Assembly (NCBI GenBank): GCA_039033855.1
Contig: JBCCBV010000010.1
Span: forward strand, 12,207 to 76,206
Length of the DNA: 64,000 bases
From: Planctomycetota bacterium
GTDB lineage: Bacteria > Planctomycetota > Phycisphaerae > Phycisphaerales > Phycisphaeraceae
Direction: 5' to 3'
Shown: one piece after another, positions 50,291 through 59,385 of the stretch
Numbering within the stretch: position 1 is the first letter of the stretch
Layout of the letters: the number at the start of each line of letters is the position of its first letter
Translations under genes and position numbers: made by a program
Notes under the pieces: model-generated
What the model was told of the DNA's origin: nothing
Seen by the model: the letters and a program-made list of their open reading frames with translations, nothing else
Databases searched by the model: none

Positions 50291-50388
50291 ACGCGACAAG
50301 TCGCGTCGCTACGTGGCGTGGTAGGTTCCAGTATGAAGCGGCTCGGCGTGGTAGGTTCCAGTATGAAGCGGCGCGGCTTGCCGCGTTG
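50291..50388. repeat. Left REP-like doublet (hairpins A and B) with an internal 30-nt tandem duplication
   Basis: A stem ACGCGAC/GTCGCGT; B stem CGCGGC/GCCGCG. GGCGTGGTAGGTTCCAGTATGAAGCGGC(T/G)C occurs twice in tandem at 50315-50344 and 50345-50374. Confidence 0.85.
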
Positions 50389-50415
50389 CCGCCGTGACCC
50401 ACCGGGGACACCGCC

Positions 50416-51027
50416 TTGCCCGCGATCGTCGGCTTCCATTTCATCTTCAGCGCGTATGGGTTCTGGCTGCCCAACGACCCGCGCGGCTCGTGGTCGGACA
50501 CCGTCCGCCGTCACGAACTACTGGCGTTCGGCTCCGCGACCAAGGTCAACACCCGGCAATCACTGGCGGGCGTCAATCACGATCGCACAAAGCGCCTCGC
50601 GGCCAAGTCTGCGCTCAAGCACCCGCCCGTCCGGTTCACCGGCATACAAGCCACGCTGATCTCTAAAGGCTTCGGTGAGGCCTGCGAAAGCCACGGCTAC
50701 CGGCCCGCAGCGCTGGCCATCCTGCCCGACCACGTGCACCTGGCGATGTGGCGTCACTCCCGGCCAATCGAAGAGGTCGCAAAGCATCTCAAGTCCAAGG
50801 CCACCGCACACCTGACCGCAGCTGGGCAGCATCCGTTGTCGCAACACGCCAGCGCTTCGGGTCGAATCCCGTCGCCGTGGGCCCGCGGCTACTGGTGCCC
50901 GTTCGTGCGCGACATGGATCAGATGGAACGCGTCATCCGGTATGTCGAGGACAACCCGGTCAAGGCTGGGTTGCCACGGCAGAGTTGGGCGTGGGTCGAG
51001 GCGCACAAACGCGATCCGCCGACGTGA
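50416..51027 (+). CDS. IS200-like/REP-associated tyrosine transposase (Y1 HUH transposase, RAYT-like)
   Basis: TTG start. FHFIFSAYGFWLPNDPRGSWS; HUH motif LPDHVHLAM; catalytic Tyr region RVIRYVEDNPVKAGL. Confidence 0.8.
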   Translation: MPAIVGFHFIFSAYGFWLPNDPRGSWSDTVRRHELLAFGSATKVNTRQSLAGVNHDRTKRLAAKSALKHPPVRFTGIQATLISKGFGEACESHGYRPAALAILPDHVHLAMWRHSRPIEEVAKHLKSKATAHLTAAGQHPLSQHASASGRIPSPWARGYWCPFVRDMDQMERVIRYVEDNPVKAGLPRQSWAWVEAHKRDPPT

Positions 51028-51044
51028 TTCATCGTCGAGACGCA

Positions 51045-51137
51045 ACGCGACAAGTCGCGTCGCTTCCTGTGGATGAACCCACACCACGGATCACGCAACC
51101 ACGACGACATCACGAAGCGACGCGGCTTGCCGCGTTG
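51045..51137. repeat. Right REP-like doublet (hairpins A and B)
   Basis: Same two palindromes, in the same order and orientation as the left doublet. Confidence 0.85.
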
Positions 51138-51168
51138 GATCCCCAACGTGTACATCTGGCAACAGTAT

Positions 51169-51681
51169 CTAGGCCAACTCGCTGGCCGCACCCGCGTTGA
51201 TTGCCGCCATGTAGAACACCGGGATCACGTACACGAAGTACGAAGCGACCAGCGTCGCGTTGCTGGTCACGGGGAAAAACCACCATCCGACCATCGAACC
51301 GATCACAACGGGGGCCAGCGCGACAACCGCCCATCTCAGCCACGCCACGCCCTTCAGGTCGGCCTCGTACCACAGACCAATGGCCACAAGGGCCATGAGC
51401 AGAATTTCGAGCGACACCAAAGGCCAGAAGACCCAGTCGTAATACGTCTGCACGCTCGGGGTAGCGCCGGCGAACAGGTCAGGCAATGTCAACATCGCCA
51501 GCACACCCGAAGGAAATGGTGCAAATCGGAACGACCAATGATTGCCCCGAAGCGATCTGCAAGCCAACGTGATAAGCACGTAGCCAACGCATGTTGGAAG
51601 CAGTACGCCCAAGCCATTCAGCTCGATATTCACGGCAACACAGACGTAGCCGGCCGCAATGACCCCGTACTGGTTCAACAC
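51169..51681 (-). CDS. Hypothetical integral membrane protein
   Basis: 170 aa with about five hydrophobic helices (VIAAGYVCVAVNI, LLMALVAIGLWY, WAVVALAPVVIGSMVGWWFF, ASYFVYVIPVFYMAAI). GTG start. GC lower than in flanking genes. Confidence 0.55.
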   Translation of the reverse strand: MLNQYGVIAAGYVCVAVNIELNGLGVLLPTCVGYVLITLACRSLRGNHWSFRFAPFPSGVLAMLTLPDLFAGATPSVQTYYDWVFWPLVSLEILLMALVAIGLWYEADLKGVAWLRWAVVALAPVVIGSMVGWWFFPVTSNATLVASYFVYVIPVFYMAAINAGAASELA

Positions 51682-51761
51682 TCACCCCGTTTCATCTCAC
51701 GGACATCGGTCGCCTGCGTGTCCTTCGCATCAGCATAGCCTTGGACGTTCGCGCACCTCTC

Positions 51762-52454
51762 CTACTCCCCCACCATCTCCCGCAACCCCTCCATCTCTTT
51801 CTGCAGCGCGTCGCCGGGGCAGGAGGTTTGGCCTTCGGCGCGGTCGCGGTGGGTGCGGATGCGGTCGGCCGGGACGTCGTATTGCCGGCAGAGCGCGATC
51901 ACCAGCTTGTGCAGGCTCGCGAGTTGCTCGGCGGTGGGCTGCTCCTCCATGAAGTTGCCTTCGAGCACGACCTGAGCCTGGCCGTGGAGGTCGTAGCGGG
52001 TGTTGGTGTCGCCCTGAAAGCCGAGGTCTCGGCCCTCGACGATCACGCCGTTGGGCGCGATGTAGAAGTGGTACGGCACGTCGGCCCAGGCGGGCTTGCG
52101 CTTGCCGTTGCCCAAAACGTCTTCCCGCTGGGAGAACGCCTGAAGGTTGCGGAGGGTTTGGCCGGGGTCGCGCTCGAAGTTCTGCGGCGTAGCGGTGTGG
52201 TGGATGGTGATGGCGGTGACCTGGTGCGGGGTCATCTCGAGCACGGGCGGCTTGGCGTTCCACTGGGCGCGGGTGAGCAGTTCGAGTTCTGCCATCGGCT
52301 TCGACTCGGGCTGCGTCGCGGGCACCTCGGCGGGTTCAGCGCTGGGTTCGTCGGCCGAGACCTCCGCGGGCGATCGGACAACCCCCACGATCGCGAACAG
52401 GCCAAGAAGTAAGCAAACGGGCAACGACCGACGACGGGCGGGTGTGTGACGCAT
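51762..52454 (-). CDS. N-acetylmuramoyl-L-alanine amidase (Amidase_2/PGRP domain), secreted
   Basis: Signal peptide. ITIHHTATP...VPYHFYIAPNGVIVEGR...VVLEGNF...THRD...TSCPG (Zn ligands H, H, C). Confidence 0.85.
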   Translation of the reverse strand: MRHTPARRRSLPVCLLLGLFAIVGVVRSPAEVSADEPSAEPAEVPATQPESKPMAELELLTRAQWNAKPPVLEMTPHQVTAITIHHTATPQNFERDPGQTLRNLQAFSQREDVLGNGKRKPAWADVPYHFYIAPNGVIVEGRDLGFQGDTNTRYDLHGQAQVVLEGNFMEEQPTAEQLASLHKLVIALCRQYDVPADRIRTHRDRAEGQTSCPGDALQKEMEGLREMVGE

Positions 52455-52511
52455 CGCCCCAATCTACCGCGGAGGGCGTGGCGGCCGAACCGCGGGGCGT
52501 AAACTTCTTGC

Positions 52512-53480
52512 ATGAAAGCATGCGTCGCCCAACTGGCCCCGGCATGGATGGATCGCGACACCACGGTCGCCAAAGCCGCGAACATGGTGCATCGGGCCGG
52601 GCGGCAAGGCGCCGGGCTCATCGCGTTTGGCGAGGCCGTGGTCCCCGGCTATCCGATCTGGCTCGACAAGACCGGCGGTGCCGAGTTCGACAACGCCTAT
52701 CAAAAACAAGTCCACGCGATGTATGTCGATCAAGCCGTGGTCGTACCCCCGGCCGGCGAATCCTGCGACGCCCTGGGCGGGCATCTAGCGCCGCTCGGCC
52801 AGGCCGCAGCGGAAACGTGCTGCTGCGTCATCGTGGGCGTGGTGGAACGGGCTTTGGACCGCGGCGGACATTCTCTGTATTGCAGCCGGGTGATGATCGG
52901 CGGATCGGGCGACTCGGCCGGTCGGGTGTTATCGGTCCACCGCAAGCTGATGCCCACCTACGAGGAACGGCTGTGCTGGTCGATCGGCGACGGCGCCGGG
53001 CTGGTGGTGCACGAGGTCGGCGGCTTTACCGTGGGCGCGTTGAACTGCTGGGAGAACTGGCTGCCGTTGGCCCGCGCGGCGCTGCACGCCCAAGGCGAAA
53101 ACGTACACGTGATGATCTGGCCGGGCGCCCGGCGGAACACCGAACTGCTCACGCGCAGCGCCGCGTTCGAGGGCCGGTCATACGTCTTGTCGGCCAGCGG
53201 GTTGCTGCGGGCGCGCGACGTGCCGACCGGCTTCCCGGGGCGCGACCGTCTCGTGCACGGCATGGCCGAGGGCGACTTCTATTGCGACGGCGGCTCGTGC
53301 ATCGCGGGGCCCGATGGCCGGTGGATCGTCGAACCGCAAGTGGGTGAAGAGGGGCTGCACTACGCCGAGCTTGATCTCGCCGTGGTGCGCGGCGAGCGCC
53401 AGAACCTCGACATCTCGGGCCACTATTCACGGCCGGACGTGCTGCGGTTGGTGGTCAAACGCGATCGGCAGCAGCTCTGA
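52512..53480 (+). CDS. Nitrilase / carbon-nitrogen hydrolase family protein
   Basis: Catalytic triad context: FGEAVVPGYP (Glu), HRKLMPT (Lys), GALNCWENW (Cys). Confidence 0.88.
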   Translation: MKACVAQLAPAWMDRDTTVAKAANMVHRAGRQGAGLIAFGEAVVPGYPIWLDKTGGAEFDNAYQKQVHAMYVDQAVVVPPAGESCDALGGHLAPLGQAAAETCCCVIVGVVERALDRGGHSLYCSRVMIGGSGDSAGRVLSVHRKLMPTYEERLCWSIGDGAGLVVHEVGGFTVGALNCWENWLPLARAALHAQGENVHVMIWPGARRNTELLTRSAAFEGRSYVLSASGLLRARDVPTGFPGRDRLVHGMAEGDFYCDGGSCIAGPDGRWIVEPQVGEEGLHYAELDLAVVRGERQNLDISGHYSRPDVLRLVVKRDRQQL

Positions 53481-53667
53481 GCACCGTTTTTCGGTCCGCC
53501 GGGCTCGGCCGCCCGGTTCCGCGTACAGGAAGACAACGAGGGGTCCGCCGCGGCTCTTGCTGTGGAGGGCCGGTCGCGAAACCCGGGAGCCGGGGTTCGG
53601 CGGTTGCGTGCTCATTTTGTCCGGGTAACCGGCGCGGGAGCAGCACGGGTGTTGGGGCGGGGCGACA

Positions 53668-55956
53668 TCACTCCGCAGGTTCGAACGGTGACGCTTCGAG
53701 CTTGCGGATACGTAGGCCCTCGATTCGGACGGGGTCTTTGAAGTTCCAGTGGTACCCGCCGATGCCCAGCCGGCCGTTGGGGATGGGGCGGATGCCCCTT
53801 CCCGGCGGTGGCAAGATGTAGTCGTAACGGTCGAGGACGAGCTCGTCGTCGATCCAGAGGCGGACGGCGTTCTCCCAACGCGCCACGCGGATGGTGGCGG
53901 TGTCTTGCAAGAGTTCTGCGTGGGCGAAGTAACCGTTTTTGAGGTCCTTGTTGTCGCGGTTGACAATGACCAGCGCGCGGCCCTGCCACTGGGAGACCTG
54001 AATGGACTTGAGGTAGGCATAGCCGACCTGCGGGCTGGGGTCGAGGAGGAAGCCGAAGCCGCCGCCGGACTTGTTCCGCCAGCGGTCGAGGCCGCTGAGC
54101 TTGAGTTCGGCTTCCCACCGGAGGCCGGGCTCCCAGCCGGTGGCCATGCGGACGCCGTCTTCGTAGGTGGCGGTGGCGTCGACGGAGCCGTCGGGATTCT
54201 CGGCCCATCGGCCTCGATAAACACGCCAGCCCGCGAGGCCTTCGGGCAGCAGGTCGACCCAGTCGCCGGTGGCGAAGTCGTTAGCGAAGGCGAACTCGGC
54301 GATGCGGTCGGCGAGGTGTTGCTTGGCGAGCGGATGGTCTGCGTCGTCGATCGCGCGCTCGAGAGCGTCGATCGCGTCTTGAACGTCGCCCTGATCCGCG
54401 TGTCGCCGGGCGTCGGCGATGGCCCGGGCCGGGCCGGGCTCACACATCGCATAGGCCAGGCCAATCTCCCAGCGCTGATCGATGTTGCTCATGTACGGCT
54501 TGATGAGCCTTGCGCCGTCGCCATCGAGCCGCTGCATAAGGGCTTTGGCGGCGGGATAATCTTCGATTTTTAGCGCCAGGTACAAACCGATGGTGACGAC
54601 GCTGGGTTCGGTGCTGTCGACGGAGGGGTTGCGACGCCTCTGCTCCGCAGCGAGATGAACTGCGGCCCAGAGTTTCTCCGCGTGCCGGCGGGCCCAGACG
54701 CCGTCGTCCCTGCCCGCGGTCCGCTTGACAACCAAGAGCGGGACATCGGCCATGGCGGTGGCCCAGTCGAGTTGCTGTTGAGCTCGCTCGGCGACGGCCC
54801 ACATCTCGTCAAGGCTGCCGCCCCACCTGGGCTCGACGGCGAACAGAAGCCGGTCGTATGGCCATACGTCGCGCGGGTCGGCTCCGGTTGCGCGCTCGAA
54901 CCACGCCCATTCGTCGCCGTGGCCGTCGCCCATGGACACGTAAATCATCTCGGAGGCGGGCTGGGCGTCGTCTTGCCGCAGCGCCCAGGCGGACTCGTAC
55001 GCCCGACGGGCCAGCTCGGATTCTTGTCGGAAAACGCGCCATCCCTCTTCGCTCACAGTGTTCGCGTACCCGGCACCTCGGGCTTCCCATCCGCGGAGGT
55101 TGTGGAGCTTGCCCCGGATCACGTGGGCCAACCAAGCTCGCTCGGGGTGGGGGGCCGCGGCGGCGTCTAATAGGGGCTGCAACTCGGGCAGGTCGGCCCG
55201 CTCAACCGCGTTCAAGAACAAGTTGGCGAAGTCGCGCTCGTGGTTGCGATCGAGCTCGGGAGCGCGCAGGAGTCGTTCGAACTCGAGCAACCAAGCGATG
55301 CGCATGGACTTGGCGTCCCTCCGGACGTCGTTGGGCCTAGACCGGCCGTTTGCCCAGTGGGTCGTGGCGTAAACAAAGCCGGACCGGCACGCGAGGGAGT
55401 AGACGGGCGCTTGATCGAGGCCTTCGATCTCAAGAAGCGTGGATTGCACGGTTTCGAGGTGGCGTGCGTCCGGGCCGCGCGCCAAGGTGGCAGCGAGACC
55501 GCGGACCAGAGGATCGCTACAGCCGGCGGCGAGCAGCCAGTCGGCCAACGAGGCGACGTCTCGGTGTACGGGCGTATCCGGCGGGATGGCGTGATCGGTG
55601 AAATCGACGCGATAGGTGTGGTAGCGGGCCCAGGCATCGAGGAACTCGACGGCCTCGTCGGTCCAGTCGGGGTTCTTCTGGCCGACCTTCTGGTACTCGC
55701 CCAGGAAAACGTCGCGATAGAAAGCCAGTCGCCGTTCGGCCACGGTCGGGAATCCAGCCTCGGCGGCGGGGATCAAGGGCGGCGGGGCTTGAACCTCAGC
55801 TTCTGCGGGCAGAGCCTCTGGCTGGGCGTGTAGGGAGGAAACGCGGCCTAGCAGCGCGGCCATACCCAACACGAGCACGGCGAAGCTCTTCGTGAGTGCA
55901 ACAGACGCTCTGCGGGTGCTGGGCGGGCGGCTCCGCAGGATGGACTTGGATGTCAT
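53668..55956 (-). CDS. Large secreted hypothetical protein; helical-repeat N-terminal region and C-terminal concanavalin/LamG-like (DUF1080-like, tentative) domain
   Basis: ATG at 55956 with a signal peptide (FAVLVLGMAALLGRVSSLHAQ). The C-terminus GGGFGFLLDPS...ATIRVARWENAVRLWIDDELV resembles jelly-roll lectin-like domains. Confidence 0.6.
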   Translation of the reverse strand: MTSKSILRSRPPSTRRASVALTKSFAVLVLGMAALLGRVSSLHAQPEALPAEAEVQAPPPLIPAAEAGFPTVAERRLAFYRDVFLGEYQKVGQKNPDWTDEAVEFLDAWARYHTYRVDFTDHAIPPDTPVHRDVASLADWLLAAGCSDPLVRGLAATLARGPDARHLETVQSTLLEIEGLDQAPVYSLACRSGFVYATTHWANGRSRPNDVRRDAKSMRIAWLLEFERLLRAPELDRNHERDFANLFLNAVERADLPELQPLLDAAAAPHPERAWLAHVIRGKLHNLRGWEARGAGYANTVSEEGWRVFRQESELARRAYESAWALRQDDAQPASEMIYVSMGDGHGDEWAWFERATGADPRDVWPYDRLLFAVEPRWGGSLDEMWAVAERAQQQLDWATAMADVPLLVVKRTAGRDDGVWARRHAEKLWAAVHLAAEQRRRNPSVDSTEPSVVTIGLYLALKIEDYPAAKALMQRLDGDGARLIKPYMSNIDQRWEIGLAYAMCEPGPARAIADARRHADQGDVQDAIDALERAIDDADHPLAKQHLADRIAEFAFANDFATGDWVDLLPEGLAGWRVYRGRWAENPDGSVDATATYEDGVRMATGWEPGLRWEAELKLSGLDRWRNKSGGGFGFLLDPSPQVGYAYLKSIQVSQWQGRALVIVNRDNKDLKNGYFAHAELLQDTATIRVARWENAVRLWIDDELVLDRYDYILPPPGRGIRPIPNGRLGIGGYHWNFKDPVRIEGLRIRKLEASPFEPAE

Positions 55957-56314
55957 GTTGGGCCCCAGGGATGAGAAGACCAAGGCAGGCGGCGGGTGCG
56001 CCGTCGCCAATGACGCTATCAGGCGACGGGGTCTGCGCCGAGGGCGATCGAATGGCGACACGGCGGTACGGGCGATCAGCCGCTACAGATAAATTAGACT
56101 GAGCGGCTTGGGGCAGTCGTGATCTTGCTCAAGGTGCACGGAGCACAAGGTCCGAGAGAAACGAGCTGCGAACGGGTGGCGCCGATTCTCTTGATGTGGT
56201 TCTCGGCTAGGACAAGGCCGTCTCATACTCTCCCGGTCTTGTCCTTCGCCGAGGTCTCCTCGCTTGCGACGTGAGTTGGCGGGGTTTCGGGAAGCCAATC
56301 CATGGAGACTCCGG

Positions 56315-57991
56315 ATGGGTACTTGCCTGCTGAAGATCCGGCGGCTCGGGCTAAGCCTGGGGATGCTTACGATTGCGCTTGGACATGGGGGCTCCATTGC
56401 CAAGGCGGCGACATTCCACCCGGTCGTGCTCTCGGGTGAGAGCACGCCGGACGCTGGAGAAGACATCCGGTTCACGTCGTTTTCTAGCCCTGCGATTAAT
56501 CGCCATGGACAGGTTGCGTTTCGTGCGAACATCCTCGGACCAGGGGTTCCGCACTCGTATCGCACTGGTCTTTATGCGGGCGGAACCGGCTCGTTGCGTC
56601 CGCTGATGCGAGCCGGGGCGCCTCTCGGCGATGGCCTTGTGGCCGAAGGGTTTGGGATCGTCACGATCGACGACAGCAATCGCGCACACTTTGCGGCGGC
56701 CGTCCTGCCCGAAGGGGAAACACGATTTCAGAGCGCTTGGTTCACGGAAACGCATTCCGGGCCTGAGCTGGCGCTCGAACCGGGCGGTGTGGCCTTAGTA
56801 GAGGGCGAACCCGTGAAGCTCCATCTCGTAAGCAACCATCTGGTGGCTCGTAACGGCGACGTGTACTTCAAGACCCTGCTTCAGCAACCGATAGACGGAA
56901 GCCCCTTGCTTGGGGCTGTGCTGCGACTGAGGGACGGCGTACTTGACGTGGTCTCGCGCGAGGGAGATGCGATTCACGGGGCGCCTACTCCGTCGATCTA
57001 CCGGAGTGGGATCCCTTTCGTCTTACCCCTTGGCAACCGCCTTGGCGACTATGCCGTCATCCAAAAAGTCACGCGCTTGTCGGATGGAAGAAACGGCGAT
57101 GGGCTGATGGTGCATCGGGACGGCGAGACACGGCTGTTGTACGACACGCTCCACCATTGGGAAGAGTCACCCTTCGAGAACGGTCGGTTCGGTGACATTC
57201 TCAAACTGGGTTTCAATGATGCGGGGACGATCGTCTTCAATAGCAACGAGGGGATCTATCAGAAGGAAGAAGGCCCGTTGCGACAGGTGGTGAGAATCAG
57301 AGATCAGGCCCCGGGCTCTCCGGAGGGCGTGGTCTTTGTGAATACGTTCGAGACTTGGTTGAGCGGCCGTGGGGATGTGGTCTTTGAAGCCAGGCTGGGC
57401 GGGCCCGGGGTGACAAGTTCTAGCGACGAAGGGTTGTACGTTTACCGAAACGCTGAGGTAAAGGAGATCGCGCGGCTCGGTGGTGCGGCGCCGGGGGCGA
57501 GCCCGGAGCAAGTGTTCCGGACGCTAGACCCGCCTCTCATGAATGCTCGGGGCCAGATCCTGTTTAGCGGGTATCTCACCGGATCTGGGATTAGCGCATC
57601 CAACGATCGTGGTTTATGGATGCTCGGGCCTGAGGGCGACCGGGATTTACTGCTGCGAGAGGGAGACTGGATCGATATCGATCCGAGCCTGATCGGAACT
57701 GACCTTCGGCAGGTGGCGCACTTCTTCCTGCACTCGACGCGCGATGGAACGGGAGGCGAAGACGCCAGGCTTCGAAGCCTGAACGACGCGGGGCAGCTGG
57801 CGTTCTCTGCGCAGTTCACGGACGGGTCATGGGGCGTCTTCGTCGCAGAGACGATTACGGCAGTCCCTGCTCCCGGAACGTTTGCCGGACTGGGGGTGGG
57901 ATTCCTGTTTATCACCCATTCTCGGCGTCGCGCTCTCGATCGGCTGTTGTCATCGCGAACCAAGCAAACGGTCCGTAAACTCGCGGCATGA
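56315..57991 (+). CDS. Secreted protein with tandem NxxGxxAF-type repeats and a variant PEP-CTERM-like tail
   Basis: Seven repeats (INRHGQVAFRA, DDSNRAHFAA, VARNGDVYFKT, FNDAGTIVFNS, LSGRGDVVFEA, MNARGQILFSG, LNDAGQLAFSA). Tail VPAPGTFAGLGVGFLFITHSRRR plus 20 extra residues. The stop overlaps the hemL ATG (ATGA). Confidence 0.7.
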   Translation: MGTCLLKIRRLGLSLGMLTIALGHGGSIAKAATFHPVVLSGESTPDAGEDIRFTSFSSPAINRHGQVAFRANILGPGVPHSYRTGLYAGGTGSLRPLMRAGAPLGDGLVAEGFGIVTIDDSNRAHFAAAVLPEGETRFQSAWFTETHSGPELALEPGGVALVEGEPVKLHLVSNHLVARNGDVYFKTLLQQPIDGSPLLGAVLRLRDGVLDVVSREGDAIHGAPTPSIYRSGIPFVLPLGNRLGDYAVIQKVTRLSDGRNGDGLMVHRDGETRLLYDTLHHWEESPFENGRFGDILKLGFNDAGTIVFNSNEGIYQKEEGPLRQVVRIRDQAPGSPEGVVFVNTFETWLSGRGDVVFEARLGGPGVTSSSDEGLYVYRNAEVKEIARLGGAAPGASPEQVFRTLDPPLMNARGQILFSGYLTGSGISASNDRGLWMLGPEGDRDLLLREGDWIDIDPSLIGTDLRQVAHFFLHSTRDGTGGEDARLRSLNDAGQLAFSAQFTDGSWGVFVAETITAVPAPGTFAGLGVGFLFITHSRRRALDRLLSSRTKQTVRKLAA

Positions 57992-59361
57992 GCAAGTCCA
58001 AGGGATCAAGCGGGGGGGCGAGCGGAACCGTGGTCGAGGCCGGGTCGGCGGAGCAAGCCTTCGCCAAATCTATTGCGGCGCACGAGCGTGCCAAGCGTGT
58101 GATGCCGGGCGGGGTGAGTTCGCCGGTGCGCAGCTTCGCGGCGGTGGGCGGGTCGCCGGTGACGGTGCAAGAGGGCCGGGGCTGCCGGGTGACCGACGTC
58201 GACGGCCACGCGTACGTCGATTACGTGATGTCGTACGGGCCGCTGATCCTCGGCCATACGTCCGAGGCGGTGTCGGCGGCGCTGTCGAAGGCGGTCGGCC
58301 ACGGCTGGACGTTCGGCATGCCCACGCGCGGCGAAACCGAACTGGCCGAAGCGATCGTGGACGCCGTGCCGGGCGTCGAGGTCGTCCGGATGGTCAACAG
58401 CGGGACCGAGGCCGCGATGTCGGCGGTGCGCCTGGCCCGGGGCTACACCGGCCGGCCCAAGGTCATCAAGTGCGTCGGCTGCTACCACGGCCACGTCGAC
58501 GGGCTGCTGGTCGATGCGGGCAGCGGCGCGGCGTCGCTGGGCACGCCGAGTTCGCCGGGCGTTCCGTCGGCGGTGGCGGCCGAAACGATCACCGTGCCTT
58601 ACAACGACCTCGGAGCGGTCAAGCGGGCGTTCGAGGCGTATCCCGATCAGGTCGCGGCGATGGCCGTCGAACCGGTCGCCGGCAACATGGGCTTGGTCCC
58701 GCCGACCGAGGGCTACCTGCGCGGCCTGCGCGACCTGTGCGAACGCCACGGCGCCCTGCTGCTGTTCGACGAGGTCATGAGCGGGTTCCGCGTGGCCTAC
58801 GGCGGCGCGCAGGAGCTCTACGGCGTGACCCCCGACCTCACCTGCCTGGGCAAGGTGGTTGGCGGCGGCCTGCCTTGCGCGGCCTACGGCGGGCGCGAAG
58901 ACGTGATGCGCCACGTGGCGCCCGACGGGCCGGTGTATCAGGCCGGCACGCTCAGCGGCAACCCGCTTGCGATGGCCGCGGGCCTGGCCACGCTCGAGCA
59001 GCTGCGTGACGCCGAGCTGGCGCACTACGCCGACCTGGAAGCCGCGGGCGAGCAGTTGGCCGAAGGCCTGCGCGAGGCCGCCGAGAAAGCCGGATGCCCG
59101 ATCACCGTGCAGCGGGTCGGTTCGATGTTGACGGTGTTTTTTCCCGAAGAGGCGGGGCAGCCCATCACGAATTACGCCGAGGCGGCAGAGACGTCGTCCG
59201 AACGCTTCACCGCGTTCTTCCACGGCCTGCTTCGACGCGGGGTGATGATCCCGCCGGCCCGGTTCGAGTGCTGGTTCCTGTCGACCGTGCACGACGACGA
59301 CGCGATCCGCTCGACCCTGCTGGCGGCGCAAGAGGCGTTCGCCGAAGCGGGCAGGGCGTAA
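57988..59361 (+). CDS. hemL: Glutamate-1-semialdehyde 2,1-aminomutase
   Basis: MPGGVSSPVRSF...VDYVMSYGPLILGH...NSGTEA...FDEVMSGFRV...CLGKVVGGGLP (PLP Lys) are the canonical HemL motifs. Confidence 0.93.
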   Translation: MSKSKGSSGGASGTVVEAGSAEQAFAKSIAAHERAKRVMPGGVSSPVRSFAAVGGSPVTVQEGRGCRVTDVDGHAYVDYVMSYGPLILGHTSEAVSAALSKAVGHGWTFGMPTRGETELAEAIVDAVPGVEVVRMVNSGTEAAMSAVRLARGYTGRPKVIKCVGCYHGHVDGLLVDAGSGAASLGTPSSPGVPSAVAAETITVPYNDLGAVKRAFEAYPDQVAAMAVEPVAGNMGLVPPTEGYLRGLRDLCERHGALLLFDEVMSGFRVAYGGAQELYGVTPDLTCLGKVVGGGLPCAAYGGREDVMRHVAPDGPVYQAGTLSGNPLAMAAGLATLEQLRDAELAHYADLEAAGEQLAEGLREAAEKAGCPITVQRVGSMLTVFFPEEAGQPITNYAEAAETSSERFTAFFHGLLRRGVMIPPARFECWFLSTVHDDDAIRSTLLAAQEAFAEAGRA

Positions 59362-59385
59362 CCACCCCGACGCGGCGCTGCGGTC

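Larger units (their letters stand above)
50289..51138 (+). mobile_element. REPtron-like unit: RAYT-type Y1 transposase gene bracketed by the same pair of REP-like hairpins (A then B) on each side
   Basis: Hairpin A, ACGCGACAAGTCGCGTCGCT, is identical at 50291-50310 and 51045-51064. Hairpin B, GAAGCG(G/A)CGCGGCTTGCCGCGTTG, is at 50365-50388 and 51114-51137. The transposase CDS lies between them. Confidence 0.7.
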
